The position numbers and the translations under genes are program-made. DNA of 62,656 nt, the filler included. It is 4 parts of 4 records of this genome, joined end to end, with 100 filler letters (N's around TTAATTAATTAA, not from the genome) between each part and the next. Parts side by side here need not be neighbours in the genome. Positions count along the whole stretch, not along the records: positions 1 to 21,606 come from SRR22947727_2828; 3 more parts are not named here. One strand, given 5' to 3'. The notes under the pieces are model-generated. The model had not been told where the DNA came from and searched no databases. It was given only the letters and a program-made list of their open reading frames with translations. Of this stretch, positions 11,594 to 21,128 are shown piece by piece. How positions within the stretch are numbered: position 1 is the stretch's first letter; every line of letters starts with the position of its first letter.

Positions 11594-12001
11594 ATGCCGT
11601 CACAACAACAAGAGCAAAAGCCAGTTGGGCAGGGGAATCTGAATGTTTTAGGTGGTGCGCTTGAAGGCTGTAGTTGTGAGCCGATGACAGGTTGGTTTCG
11701 AGATGGACACTGCCGAACAGATCCCAGCGACGTGGGGCAACACAGCGTCTGTTGCGTGATGTCTGAACGCTTTCTGAATTACAGCAAGGCCCAGGGCAAT
11801 GACCTGAGCACTCCCCTGCCCGACTTTGGCTTCCCTGGTCTCAAACCAGGCGATCACTGGTGTGTCTGTGCCCCACGCTGGAAGCAGGCCTATGACGATG
11901 GAATGGCTCCACCGGTTCGACTCGCAGCAACCGAACACACAGCGCTGCAGGTGATCCCCCTAGACGTCCTCAAAACGCACGCTCACCAAGGAATCTCCTG
12001 A
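11594..12001 (+). CDS. DUF2237 family protein
   Basis: NVLGGALEGCS, PMTGWFRDGHC, GNDLSTP, GLKPGDHWCVCAPRW. Confidence 0.88.
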   Translation: MPSQQQEQKPVGQGNLNVLGGALEGCSCEPMTGWFRDGHCRTDPSDVGQHSVCCVMSERFLNYSKAQGNDLSTPLPDFGFPGLKPGDHWCVCAPRWKQAYDDGMAPPVRLAATEHTALQVIPLDVLKTHAHQGIS

Positions 12002-12723
12002 CCATCCCAAGCCAGGAAACGGCCGCTATCGCCTGCTGTCTGCTCGAGCAAAACATCAAGCAACAGGGCGGCCGCTTTTTGAGGACTGAACAGACGATCC
12101 GGCGGAACAAAATTTTGGAACGGCTTGGAAAGTGCTGTATCTGTGGTGCCTGGATGCAGCATCGTGACTGTGGCGAGAGGAAAACGCCGCGCCCACTCCA
12201 CACTCAACGAACGCAAATACATGTTCTGAGCCGCTTTGGCTCCCCGATAGGCGTACCAGCCCCCTGTTCTGTTGTCGCCGATGCTCCCGACTCGCGCGCT
12301 GAGACTCGCAAAGTGAAAAGGGAGATCACGGTTCAGAGCTGGCTCAATCGCTTTAGCCAAGAGCAGAGGGCCCGCGGCATTGATCGCAAAGGATTCCATC
12401 AAATGATCGGCACAAACCTGCTGCAGACGCTTCTCAGGGGTGAGGGAGCCTCCATGCAGTCGCCCAGTGGCATTGATCACCAAACGCAGGGGCTGTGGAT
12501 CCTCTAGGAGCCTCTGAGACAACACCGCAAGGCTCTGGGACGACTCGAGATCCACCTGCCAATTTCCACATTCGTCATCGGCTGAACCCAAGGTTCGGCC
12601 GCAAAGCATGACCTCCAGAGCCGGCTGACGGCGTTGCAACTCCTTGGCAAGTGCTGTACCAAGACCACCAGGCCCAACGACCAATGCACGGCCATTCCAA
12701 GCAACTCTGTTGATTTCAGGCAT
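11983..12723 (-). CDS. SDR oxidoreductase, C-factor (CsgA)-like
   Basis: GPGGLG, PEKRL, SARVGSIGDNRTGGWYAYRGAKAA, HPGTTDT; start uncertain. Confidence 0.88.
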   Translation of the reverse strand: MPEINRVAWNGRALVVGPGGLGTALAKELQRRQPALEVMLCGRTLGSADDECGNWQVDLESSQSLAVLSQRLLEDPQPLRLVINATGRLHGGSLTPEKRLQQVCADHLMESFAINAAGPLLLAKAIEPALNRDLPFHFASLSARVGSIGDNRTGGWYAYRGAKAAQNMYLRSLSVEWARRFPLATVTMLHPGTTDTALSKPFQNFVPPDRLFSPQKAAALLLDVLLEQTAGDSGRFLAWDGQEIPW

Positions 12724-13699
12724 GATCAAAAGCGTTGTCCGAGGGACAGTGAGACAGCTCACCCCACTGTTGCTGGGCATGACCGCCACCGCGGGAATGA
12801 TCGGTGTCGTCTCCTGGAGTGTCCAAGCGCTTGGGACGCTCGAACAACAGCGAACCCAAAAAAATACCCTTGAAACGCTGCTTGAGAGCTCCGAAAAAGA
12901 TCAAGCAACGGTTCACTCCCCAGCTGATGGACGTGAGCTCCATCGGCCGCCAACTAAATCGGTAGCGCAGCCCACTCCTAGTGCAAGGCCACTAGGCGCT
13001 CCTGGCAACCCGATTGTGCGCGTTGCTTTGTTGAGTCAATCGCCACCGCGTGCCGTGGATTTATCAGGGCAAGCCGAGTGCCGATTCAGCAACGGTGAGG
13101 TCGTGCAGAAACGAACTCTTAAAAAACTTTTTGCTGATCGTCATTCGAACCTAGTGACCTGCCATTCAGGTCAAAATGGGGCCGTAGTCGTGAATGAGCG
13201 CTCCTATCCGGAGACAGTTTATTTCCTCAACAGAGGTGATGGTTGGATTGCGATTAATCAACTTTCTTTGGAGCGTTACGTAGCCTCTGTGGTTGGAGCG
13301 GAGATGCCGAGTCACTGGAATCCTGAAGCATTAAAGGCACAAGCTGTTGCTGCACGGTCCTATGCCCTCGTGCACCTTGTGCGTCCTGCAGATTCCGATT
13401 TCAATCTTGGTGATACAACACGTTGGCAAGCCTATGGAGGCCTCAATAGTCAAAGCGCACCCACGGCAGCCGCAACAAAAGCGACCCAGGGTTTGGTGCT
13501 GAGTTTTCAAGGAGGATTAGTGGAATCGCTATACGCATCGACCAGTGAAATCGCTGCTGAGGCGCACAGCCATTTGGGCGCAAGCATGAGTCAACACGGC
13601 GCACAAAACCTGGCCATGAAGGGGCTCAAGTTCAATGAAATCCTGAGTCGCTATTACGTGGGTGCCTCCCTAGCGAGGCTCAAGACAAATGGGAACTGA
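12722..13699 (+). CDS. SpoIID/LytB domain protein
   Basis: LERYVASVVGAEMPSHWNPEALKAQAVAARSY, MSQHGA, ILSRYY; N-terminal hydrophobic segment; start uncertain. Confidence 0.85.
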   Translation: MIKSVVRGTVRQLTPLLLGMTATAGMIGVVSWSVQALGTLEQQRTQKNTLETLLESSEKDQATVHSPADGRELHRPPTKSVAQPTPSARPLGAPGNPIVRVALLSQSPPRAVDLSGQAECRFSNGEVVQKRTLKKLFADRHSNLVTCHSGQNGAVVVNERSYPETVYFLNRGDGWIAINQLSLERYVASVVGAEMPSHWNPEALKAQAVAARSYALVHLVRPADSDFNLGDTTRWQAYGGLNSQSAPTAAATKATQGLVLSFQGGLVESLYASTSEIAAEAHSHLGASMSQHGAQNLAMKGLKFNEILSRYYVGASLARLKTNGN

Positions 13700-14585
13700 G
13701 ACCTACTGGAAGCGAGCGCTCGAGCAAAGCGAGAGGGCACTGAAGTCTGGAGCGCTCGTTCCTCTTAGTACTTCATTAGAACATCTTGTTGGTAATCCAG
13801 AATCCAATTTCGAGTTGCGAACTCTCGAAAGTCGCTTGCCTAAACATTTAAAGAGAGAGGGACCTAAACCCAATCCATTTCAACCGTGGGACCCACAACT
13901 TGAGGTGGCACGTTTAGATCCAGGTCATGCAGTCATTTTGAATAAATATCCGGTCCAACGTGGACACATGCTTCTGATTACTTCCGATTGGGCCGCCCAG
14001 GATAGTTGGCTCACATTGGCTGACTGGACCGCGTTAGTTCACGTTGATCAAGACACATCTGGCCTGTGGTTTTTCAACAGCGGACCTATTGCAGGCGCGA
14101 GTCAACCCCATCGACATCTTCAACTGTTGCCACGCAACAAAGACGAGATTAGTTGTCCAAGAGACCTCTGGTTTCAAAAACAATTGGCTTCACAGAGAAG
14201 AATCGAAACAACGAACGATTCCTTGTTGAACAGCTGCTCCGTTGTCTCGCGATTCAATCCAAGCAAGAACCAAGATGAACAAGCACAACACCTTTATGAC
14301 TGCTATCTATCACTTTCTAAACAACTAGGCAACGGACATCCCTCTCAAGATCAACGCCCAAGATCTTTCTACAACCTTTTGCTGACACCGCAATGGATGG
14401 CGATGGTGAGGCGTCGTCGAGAAGGTGCTGCCGGATTCAGCATCAATGCCCTTGGATTTGCTGGATACCTATTGGCCACCGCAAGCGCTGATCGGAACTG
14501 GCTCAAAGTTCATGGCCCAGAGGCCTTATTGCGTGAAGTCGCTCTCGAAATCCGTGGAAACACGGTTGTGGAGTCATCCCCTTAG
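13689..14585 (+). CDS. ATP adenylyltransferase / Ap4A phosphorylase family protein
   Basis: NPFQPWD, ILNKYPV, FFNSGPIAGASQPHRHLQ, SINALGFAG. Confidence 0.88.
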   Translation: MGTETYWKRALEQSERALKSGALVPLSTSLEHLVGNPESNFELRTLESRLPKHLKREGPKPNPFQPWDPQLEVARLDPGHAVILNKYPVQRGHMLLITSDWAAQDSWLTLADWTALVHVDQDTSGLWFFNSGPIAGASQPHRHLQLLPRNKDEISCPRDLWFQKQLASQRRIETTNDSLLNSCSVVSRFNPSKNQDEQAQHLYDCYLSLSKQLGNGHPSQDQRPRSFYNLLLTPQWMAMVRRRREGAAGFSINALGFAGYLLATASADRNWLKVHGPEALLREVALEIRGNTVVESSP

Positions 14586-14642
14586 CTGTCTGTCTAAAGA
14601 AGGACAACCGTCCGATACCGACCCCCTTCTTGGATAACAACC

Positions 14643-15296
14643 ATGAACGAAAACCACACGATCAGAAATGCACGGATCAAGCATCATCTGAACCTGGTCG
14701 ATCCGATTGCAGGGCATTACGCAAGACGATCAGGTCTGGATCGAGATGATCTCAAGCAGGTGGGCAGGCTTGGGTTATTGCGAGCGGCAGAAGGCTATGA
14801 GCAAGGTCAAGACAAACCATTTGAGGTGTTTGCAAGGCCTCACATCAGAGGAGCCATTCTTCATTACCTCAGAGACAGCGTGGGACTGGTGCGACTCCCT
14901 AGACGGCTCCAAGAACAAGCCCAAAACACAATTAAAAACACCTCTTCAGAACCGCAACAAGCTTCGATGACAGCGGAGATGGAACTTCAGGTCCATGCCT
15001 ATCGCCGTCGTCAATCGTGGGAGCCCCTAGACGAAAGCAGGGTGGCAGCAGACCAACCTGGATGGGAGCCGATGCTGATGCAGGAAAGCGCCCGCCGAAT
15101 CTGGAAAGCCATTCACTGTTTAGCGCCAACAGAGCAAAAGGCGCTGATTGAGGTCGTGATCGAAGGTGCCAGCCTCCGTGTTGCTGGGACAAAGCAGGGT
15201 GTCAGCGCAATGACAATGCAGCGGAGGCTGAAACGGGCCCTAGCCCAATTGCGGCAGGAGTTGGTAGATCAGGATTCGTCGCTGTGGTCCCGTTGA
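14643..15296 (+). CDS. Alternative (group 3, SigF-like) sigma-70 factor
   Basis: Region 2 DDLKQVGRLGLLRAAEGY...PHIRGAILHYLRD; region 4 HTH GVSAMTMQRRLKRAL. Confidence 0.85.
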   Translation: MNENHTIRNARIKHHLNLVDPIAGHYARRSGLDRDDLKQVGRLGLLRAAEGYEQGQDKPFEVFARPHIRGAILHYLRDSVGLVRLPRRLQEQAQNTIKNTSSEPQQASMTAEMELQVHAYRRRQSWEPLDESRVAADQPGWEPMLMQESARRIWKAIHCLAPTEQKALIEVVIEGASLRVAGTKQGVSAMTMQRRLKRALAQLRQELVDQDSSLWSR

Positions 15297-15457
15297 ATTT
15301 GGCCCTCAAGTGTGGTCATCGCCGCGTTGACAGCAGCAAGTTGACGCTCAAGCCCATCGCGCCAGAAACGGAGCATCTCCAACTTGCGTTGTTGGTGATG
15401 ACTCCGCCAATGACTGGAGGACTCACATGAGGGCTGGCAGAAAAATGGAGGCAACAT
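15269..15457 (-). CDS. Small coiled-coil hypothetical protein
   Basis: 62-aa ORF MLPPFF...LRFWRDGLERQLAAVNAAMTTLEGQI; 3' end overlaps sigma gene. Confidence 0.6.
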   Translation of the reverse strand: MLPPFFCQPSCESSSHWRSHHQQRKLEMLRFWRDGLERQLAAVNAAMTTLEGQIQRDHSDES

Positions 15458-15578
15458 GCGTAAACACACGATCTTCCGTAATCCTGGCGAATTGTTCCAG
15501 AAATCGAGACTGCCAACACACACTTGGCGCTTCTGAACCAGACGATTAGGTTTGGAACTTGCGGAAGAATCCAGCCGC

Positions 15579-17246
15579 ATGGCCCGAAACCAGTCTCGCG
15601 TGTCGCACCGATTATCAAAACTGGTCCTAGTCAGCGTCGCAATAGCGACATGTGATTTAGGTGTCGTGGAGAAGGCACATGCTTACGTGCCCTTGATGGC
15701 TGGGCAGAGAGCTCGTGCTCTCAATGGCACCTTTAATAACGTTCCAGTCCTTCATTCGAACCAACCCGAAATTGTCAAAGGGCCTGGGATCCTCGTCAAT
15801 ACAGCTCCAGGTTCAGCTGTCGCCGCTGAAAACAACCAGCCATTAAGGAATGCTGAATTCACTTTTAATGGCGAATTCGGGTTGCATATGCACCATAAAT
15901 ACTATCCTCAAGACAGCAGTAAATTAGGTGGTCGTCGATCCAGAGGATTGCTAACAGTCGCAGCAATTGCTATCAACCCAGGTAGCAAACCTGTGACCCT
16001 CAAATTCAAAAGAGGCTCTGTTAAAAACAGTTTTGAGGCGCCCTATCAGTCCAATCGTTTGATGGGCGTAAAGCCCCTTGGCCGTCGTCCATGGAATACG
16101 GGCCCAGGTGACGCCACAGCAGTGCAAATGTTGAGAGGCGAACTTGATCGCAAGCTCCCACGGCAAATAACGATCCCAGCTCGAAGTCGCAAAGTGATTG
16201 TGAGTTCAGTTCTTCCAGCGAGAGGAATTATGAACGGTCTATTGAGAGGTCGTAGTGACGGGCCATTCCAACTTGCTGTGGTAGCAGCAGAGGAAACAAA
16301 CCAAGAGCAAGAGCTTATTGCTGTTCTTGATAGCAATAGACTGGCACCGGGGCGCATTTATTTGAACCGTCTCAATGAGATTCGTACCGGAAAAGTATTT
16401 TCAAGAGTGGCTGGTGTGGCCCTTGGTGACGAATACAAAGCCTCGATCAATCATGACCTCTCACAAAGTGCATTACACATTCCTTTAACAAGCACTCGCA
16501 AGCATCACTTTGGAACGAGAGATGTTCAAGTCAATCAATTATCAACACGGATGATTGATTCCGCTCTTAATAATGTTGGCACCTACGGAGTGCGCTTTGA
16601 TGTTGAGCTGAATCTCTCTGGCATTGGGGCTCACGAGTTGGTTTTAAGCCATCCAGTGGCATCCGGTCGAAAACCTTTCACAGCTTTTCGGGGATCGATC
16701 GGAATCAAAAGTCAGGAAGGCTATCGAGAAGTTCATGTTGGGATGAAATCTGGGCAGAGCCTGCCCCTCGGCCAAATCAATGTTCAGGCAAACGCTGTCA
16801 ATCCCGTCACAATCAGCGTTGTTTATCCAGCTGATGCCACGCCAGGACACTTGTTAAGCGTGGTTCCAGTGACCCAGCTCGCAGTGCTTCGTCGGCGTGA
16901 AGAGTTACTGGAAGCAGCAAGAAAAGCTGAAGCAGCAGCGAAAAAACGCAAGGTTGTTCCGCCAACGCCTCCACCGGCGATCAATGCGCAGCCAAATCCC
17001 CCTAAGGCGAAAGACAACAAGCCAAACCCCATCATCAGATCTCCTCGACCTGTAGCCACACCTCGGACCACTCCGAAACCAGCCCCAAGAATTCAGCCTT
17101 CAACGATTGCCGCGCCATCAAGTGGTGCCAATCAGTTGCCAGCAGCGATGATCATGCCTCAGCGCGTTAACGATTCATTGGAGCAGCGCTATCGCGATGC
17201 CATCAAGGCTCAGCAGGATTGGCTGCGCCGACTGCAAGGTCGATAG
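15579..17246 (+). CDS. DUF3370-like exported protein with Pro-rich C-terminal tail
   Basis: Signal-like AHA cleavage; VPVLHSNQPEIVKGPGILVNT, VYPADATP motifs. Confidence 0.75.
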   Translation: MARNQSRVSHRLSKLVLVSVAIATCDLGVVEKAHAYVPLMAGQRARALNGTFNNVPVLHSNQPEIVKGPGILVNTAPGSAVAAENNQPLRNAEFTFNGEFGLHMHHKYYPQDSSKLGGRRSRGLLTVAAIAINPGSKPVTLKFKRGSVKNSFEAPYQSNRLMGVKPLGRRPWNTGPGDATAVQMLRGELDRKLPRQITIPARSRKVIVSSVLPARGIMNGLLRGRSDGPFQLAVVAAEETNQEQELIAVLDSNRLAPGRIYLNRLNEIRTGKVFSRVAGVALGDEYKASINHDLSQSALHIPLTSTRKHHFGTRDVQVNQLSTRMIDSALNNVGTYGVRFDVELNLSGIGAHELVLSHPVASGRKPFTAFRGSIGIKSQEGYREVHVGMKSGQSLPLGQINVQANAVNPVTISVVYPADATPGHLLSVVPVTQLAVLRRREELLEAARKAEAAAKKRKVVPPTPPPAINAQPNPPKAKDNKPNPIIRSPRPVATPRTTPKPAPRIQPSTIAAPSSGANQLPAAMIMPQRVNDSLEQRYRDAIKAQQDWLRRLQGR

Positions 17247-17287
17247 GCTGCGCGCATCGTTTTACTCGGATCATCGCGGCAGGCTGA

Positions 17288-18370
17288 ATGGGGCGTCGGA
17301 TCACACTTGAACTTCCTGATCATCTCGTTGATCGCATCGACGAGCTGAAGAGAGAGTGGTGCATCAGGTCCAGAGGAGATTGCTTAACGCGATTGCTGGA
17401 AGAAATCTGGACTGATGAGACGGATTTCGAGACAGACCTCGAGGCAGGTGTCGCTGATCTTCTCAGCACTGGAGCCAACAGGGAGCCAACGGACGACGTA
17501 TCAGTCGCGACCTCGCCTGATGCCATCGAATTAAAGCGAGACCAGCGACCAACGGAACCCTCCTACAACGAGGACCGGGCCATCGTCTTGGTTCGCCGTA
17601 GTCAAGACCCGAAGGAGCAAGACACAACAGCAGTGCTCACCCCCGACACCAGTCAGCCGAGGGAGATCAACACAAAAAAACGAGGCATTGACTTACCTGG
17701 ATTTGTGCGAAGCCGCACGCAGGCCATCCGAACCAGCCTTCAACAGCCTCAAACACCAGAAGAAGGACGTGACAGTCCCTTTGTACCAGTGGTGAGCTTT
17801 GATCACTTAACCGCTTGCTGCAATAAAGCCATCGATCACTGGACCAGCCTGTATGGATCAGCGCCAGGGGCAACGGTTCTTGAAGCTGTGATGTTGTGGA
17901 TGGCCCGAGATATTTGGCCCCAATTGGACGGAAGCGAGGGGCGCACCTTCACCTGGAGCCAGGTCAACCAATCAATGCAGGATGTCTGCACTGATTGGTC
18001 CGTGCAGTCTCCAAAATTTGAACATGTGATTGTCGCTGCTGCAGTTCTCGAAGATCCATTTGCCGCAGGCAACGTGGAAGATCGCATCCCAACGTTGATT
18101 CGTCGCTTTGTGAACCGCTTCAAACGAAGTCGGCGTGTGACGTCCTTTGAAACCTTGGAATCCACCATGACCTTGCATGGTGCGCTGCGATTGCTAGATC
18201 TTCCAACGCAAGCTGGAGCCTCCCTCACTCTGCGTACCATCCGAGACGCTTACAAGAAAAAAGCGATCGAAGCCCATCCAGACGCCGGGGGATCTACGGA
18301 TGGAATGAGACGACTGAATGAGGCTTATCAGATGCTGCGGGAGCTTTATAGAGACAAAGAGTCTCAGTAA
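17288..18370 (+). CDS. N-terminal ribbon-helix-helix plus C-terminal J-domain protein
   Basis: RRITLELPDHLVDRIDELKREW..SRGDCLTRLL; IRDAYKKKAIEAHPDAGGS..MRRLNEAY (HPD). Confidence 0.82.
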   Translation: MGRRITLELPDHLVDRIDELKREWCIRSRGDCLTRLLEEIWTDETDFETDLEAGVADLLSTGANREPTDDVSVATSPDAIELKRDQRPTEPSYNEDRAIVLVRRSQDPKEQDTTAVLTPDTSQPREINTKKRGIDLPGFVRSRTQAIRTSLQQPQTPEEGRDSPFVPVVSFDHLTACCNKAIDHWTSLYGSAPGATVLEAVMLWMARDIWPQLDGSEGRTFTWSQVNQSMQDVCTDWSVQSPKFEHVIVAAAVLEDPFAAGNVEDRIPTLIRRFVNRFKRSRRVTSFETLESTMTLHGALRLLDLPTQAGASLTLRTIRDAYKKKAIEAHPDAGGSTDGMRRLNEAYQMLRELYRDKESQ

Positions 18371-19112
18371 TCTCAAGCATGCATCAGAGTAGGACTCACA
18401 ATAAGACGCATGCAAGACGACAAAGGGTCACAAATCTCAGCTGAGTCTTATAACTGGTCTCAGAGCAAGTCCCAAGCCAGATAGAAGATTGATTTGTTGT
18501 TATGAACTCACTTTTCGATTGTTTTAAATGCCACCCTTGCCGAATCCTCATTCATTGAGCCAATAAAAATCAATCGATCATCCAGACCCAAGCATCAAAA
18601 GCGCTTCGAGGAGCAACGAATCGATCGCCTACACCCTGTCCAAGCCCGTCAATCGGATGTCCAAGCGATTCTTGGTCAATAAAGACACAAGTGGTGGCCG
18701 CATTTTTGAAGCTTGCGTACCTGCTGTAGACACAGTGACGCAAGACCATTGGACGACCTGGCCAGGTCTATGACTCAAGCCACCTTGCGCAGCAAGACAA
18801 CAGCGCTGCAGACTTTTGCCGCACCAAACGATGGAAACAACAATCGCAATCGAGTCTTGTGTCAAGACTCAGTACAAGTCTCATTCATGACATACGAGAC
18901 AATAATTTCGGGTATCACCCCAAGCGAGCCCCTTCGCTCTGAAACAGAGCACAGCTGCAATCCGCAACGAGAAACCCGCCTCAACAATGCGAGGCAAGCC
19001 CGCTGTCAGCAACCAAAGTTGAGCCTCATGCGGCTCATCCAAGACCCTTAACTGGACTCATAAAGCATCTCAAGTGAGACTACTGCAAGCAGTTTTGAAT
19101 CTCTTTGGCATT

Positions 19113-19137
19113 AAAAAAGCCGCCCCTACGGGCGGCT
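19113..19137 (-). terminator. Rho-independent terminator of apcD
   Basis: Minus strand AGCCGCCC-GTAG-GGGCGGCT followed by T-run. Confidence 0.85.
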
Positions 19138-19158
19138 CTCGAAGAAAAGCAAGACCGT

Positions 19159-19653
19159 TTAAGTCGACGTTTGCATTCCTTGAATGAGGTAATCAAAGTA
19201 TGGAGCTGCGAGGGCTTGCTGATCTTCGGAAAGCAGTGTGAGGGAAGCCTCTCTCATGCAGCGCATGGCTTCCACCATCCCAGGCATCGGGACTCCAAGA
19301 CTGTTGTACATCTCACGGGCGCCAACAAGACCAATCTGTTGGATGAGCTCCGTACTTCCTGCAAGAACTCCGTAGGTCACAAGGCGCAAATACCAGCTGT
19401 AATCACGCAGGCACTGGGCGCGTTGCTTCTGACCGAAGGCGTTGCCTCCTGGAGCAACGTATTCAGGTTTTCGTGAGAACAGCTGTTTGGCGGATTCATC
19501 AACGATTTTCTTCTCGTTCTCTGTGAGACTTCGAACAACAGATAAACGAATCGAACCCTGGCTGAGAAAATCAACCATTGATCGCAGTTCACCGCTGCTG
19601 GGGTAACGCAGATCGTCATCTGCTTTGAGAATCAGATCCCGAACAACGCTCAT
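19159..19653 (-). CDS. apcD: Allophycocyanin alpha-B subunit
   Basis: MSVV..LILKADDDLRYPSSGEL, PGGNAFG..QRAQCLRDYSWYLRLVTYG, GAREMYNSLGVPMPGMVEAM. Confidence 0.92.
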   Translation of the reverse strand: MSVVRDLILKADDDLRYPSSGELRSMVDFLSQGSIRLSVVRSLTENEKKIVDESAKQLFSRKPEYVAPGGNAFGQKQRAQCLRDYSWYLRLVTYGVLAGSTELIQQIGLVGAREMYNSLGVPMPGMVEAMRCMREASLTLLSEDQQALAAPYFDYLIQGMQTST

Positions 19654-19733
19654 GTCAGCTGGCAAGCTTGAATGAGTCTAGAGCTATCGATCGCTTCGCA
19701 TGAAGTTGCAGCGATTGGTGTTACGCCTTTGCA

Positions 19734-21128
19734 ATGGCCCAGTCCTTGAGCGACCCACCAGTAGCTGGTCAAATCATCACCGTTCTGGGGAGCGATCTCA
19801 ACCATCAGGGCCTCGGACTCGCGCGCTGGCAAGGCTGGGTGGTGATTGTTCCTCAGTTGCTTCCAGGTGAAGAGGCCCAGGTGCAATTGCTGCAACGCAA
19901 GAAGTCGCAATGGTTTGCGCGCCATCTCAAAACACTCGTTGCCGCTCCAGGCGCGAGAAAACCTCCGTGCATCCTTGCCAAAGACTGTGGGGGTTGTTCT
20001 CTGCAACACCTCGAGGAGAGCATTCAGTCGGAATGGAAGCGCACGCGACTTGAACAGACCCTGAAACGAATTGGTGGGATCGACATCCAGTCGCCTGCCC
20101 CGATCCATCACGATCTTGAGCACTTGGGCTACCGCAATCGAGCCCTCATTCCTCTGCTTCGACAAAACGATCAGCTGCGTTTGGGTTACTACCGACGCGG
20201 AAGCCATCGCATCGTGAACCTCAATCGTTGTCCTGTTTTAGACCCACGCATCGATGCCCTCATCAAACCCCTGAAACAGGACCTTGAAGCCAGCGGGTGG
20301 CCGGCTGATGCTGACCTGCATGGCGAACTGGGGTTGCGCCACCTTGGTTTGCGCGTGGGTGTGCGAACCGGGGAACTGCTGATCACGCTGGTCAGTGCAA
20401 CCAGCGAACTCAACGGTGTGAAAGACCTGGCCGTGGAGTGGATGAGCCGTTGGCCTGCAGTAGCCGGTGTGACCTTGAACCTGCAGCCGCGCCGGAGCAA
20501 CACCGTGCTCGGTGCGATCACCCACACCCTCGCGGGTCGAGATTGCATCAGCGAACGCTTCTGCGATCTTCAACTTCTGCTTAAAACAACCACCTTTTTC
20601 CAAATCAACACGGCGCGGGCGGAGCAGATCGTGATTGTGTTGCGGGATTGGCTTTTGAAGCGTGGGGACTGCAAACGCTTAATTGATGCCTATTGCGGCA
20701 TCGGAACCATCAGCTTGCCGATCGCTGCAACAGGAATAAGCGTGGTTGGTCTTGAAATCAATCCCGCTTCTGTTCAACAGGCACAACAAAACGCGGCCTT
20801 GAATGGAATCACCGATGCCAGCTTTGAAGCGGGTGATGTTGCCTTGTTGCTAAGTGATTACCTTCCGGATCACGATGCTCTTGTGGTGGACCCACCGCGA
20901 AAAGGATTGGCGCCAGATGTACTTGACGCCATTCTGAATTGCCCGCCCAAGAGCTTGGCCTACTTGAGTTGTGACTCAGCAACCTTGGCGAGGGACCTCA
21001 AGAGACTGGTCTCAGAAGACGGTCCCTATGCCATTGACCGCATTCAACCCGTGGACTTTTTTCCCCAGACAACCCATCTGGAATGTCTGGTGCTGATGAA
21101 GCGCATCAACTGCGCAGTTCAACCTTGA
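19734..21128 (+). CDS. rlmD: 23S rRNA (uracil-1939-C5)-methyltransferase
   Basis: TRAM domain, CGGCSLQH, FFQIN, DAYCGIG, VDPPRKGL, YLSC, DFFPQTTHLE. Confidence 0.92.
   Translation: MAQSLSDPPVAGQIITVLGSDLNHQGLGLARWQGWVVIVPQLLPGEEAQVQLLQRKKSQWFARHLKTLVAAPGARKPPCILAKDCGGCSLQHLEESIQSEWKRTRLEQTLKRIGGIDIQSPAPIHHDLEHLGYRNRALIPLLRQNDQLRLGYYRRGSHRIVNLNRCPVLDPRIDALIKPLKQDLEASGWPADADLHGELGLRHLGLRVGVRTGELLITLVSATSELNGVKDLAVEWMSRWPAVAGVTLNLQPRRSNTVLGAITHTLAGRDCISERFCDLQLLLKTTTFFQINTARAEQIVIVLRDWLLKRGDCKRLIDAYCGIGTISLPIAATGISVVGLEINPASVQQAQQNAALNGITDASFEAGDVALLLSDYLPDHDALVVDPPRKGLAPDVLDAILNCPPKSLAYLSCDSATLARDLKRLVSEDGPYAIDRIQPVDFFPQTTHLECLVLMKRINCAVQP

Noticed and set aside
18490-18530. Possible dif site in the long intergenic region
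   Set aside because: No convincing XerC/XerD arm match such as TTATGTTAAA
18629-19051. Short ORFs 18629-18865 (minus) and 18713-19051 (plus)
   Set aside because: No recognisable domain or RBS, atypical composition; treated as non-coding
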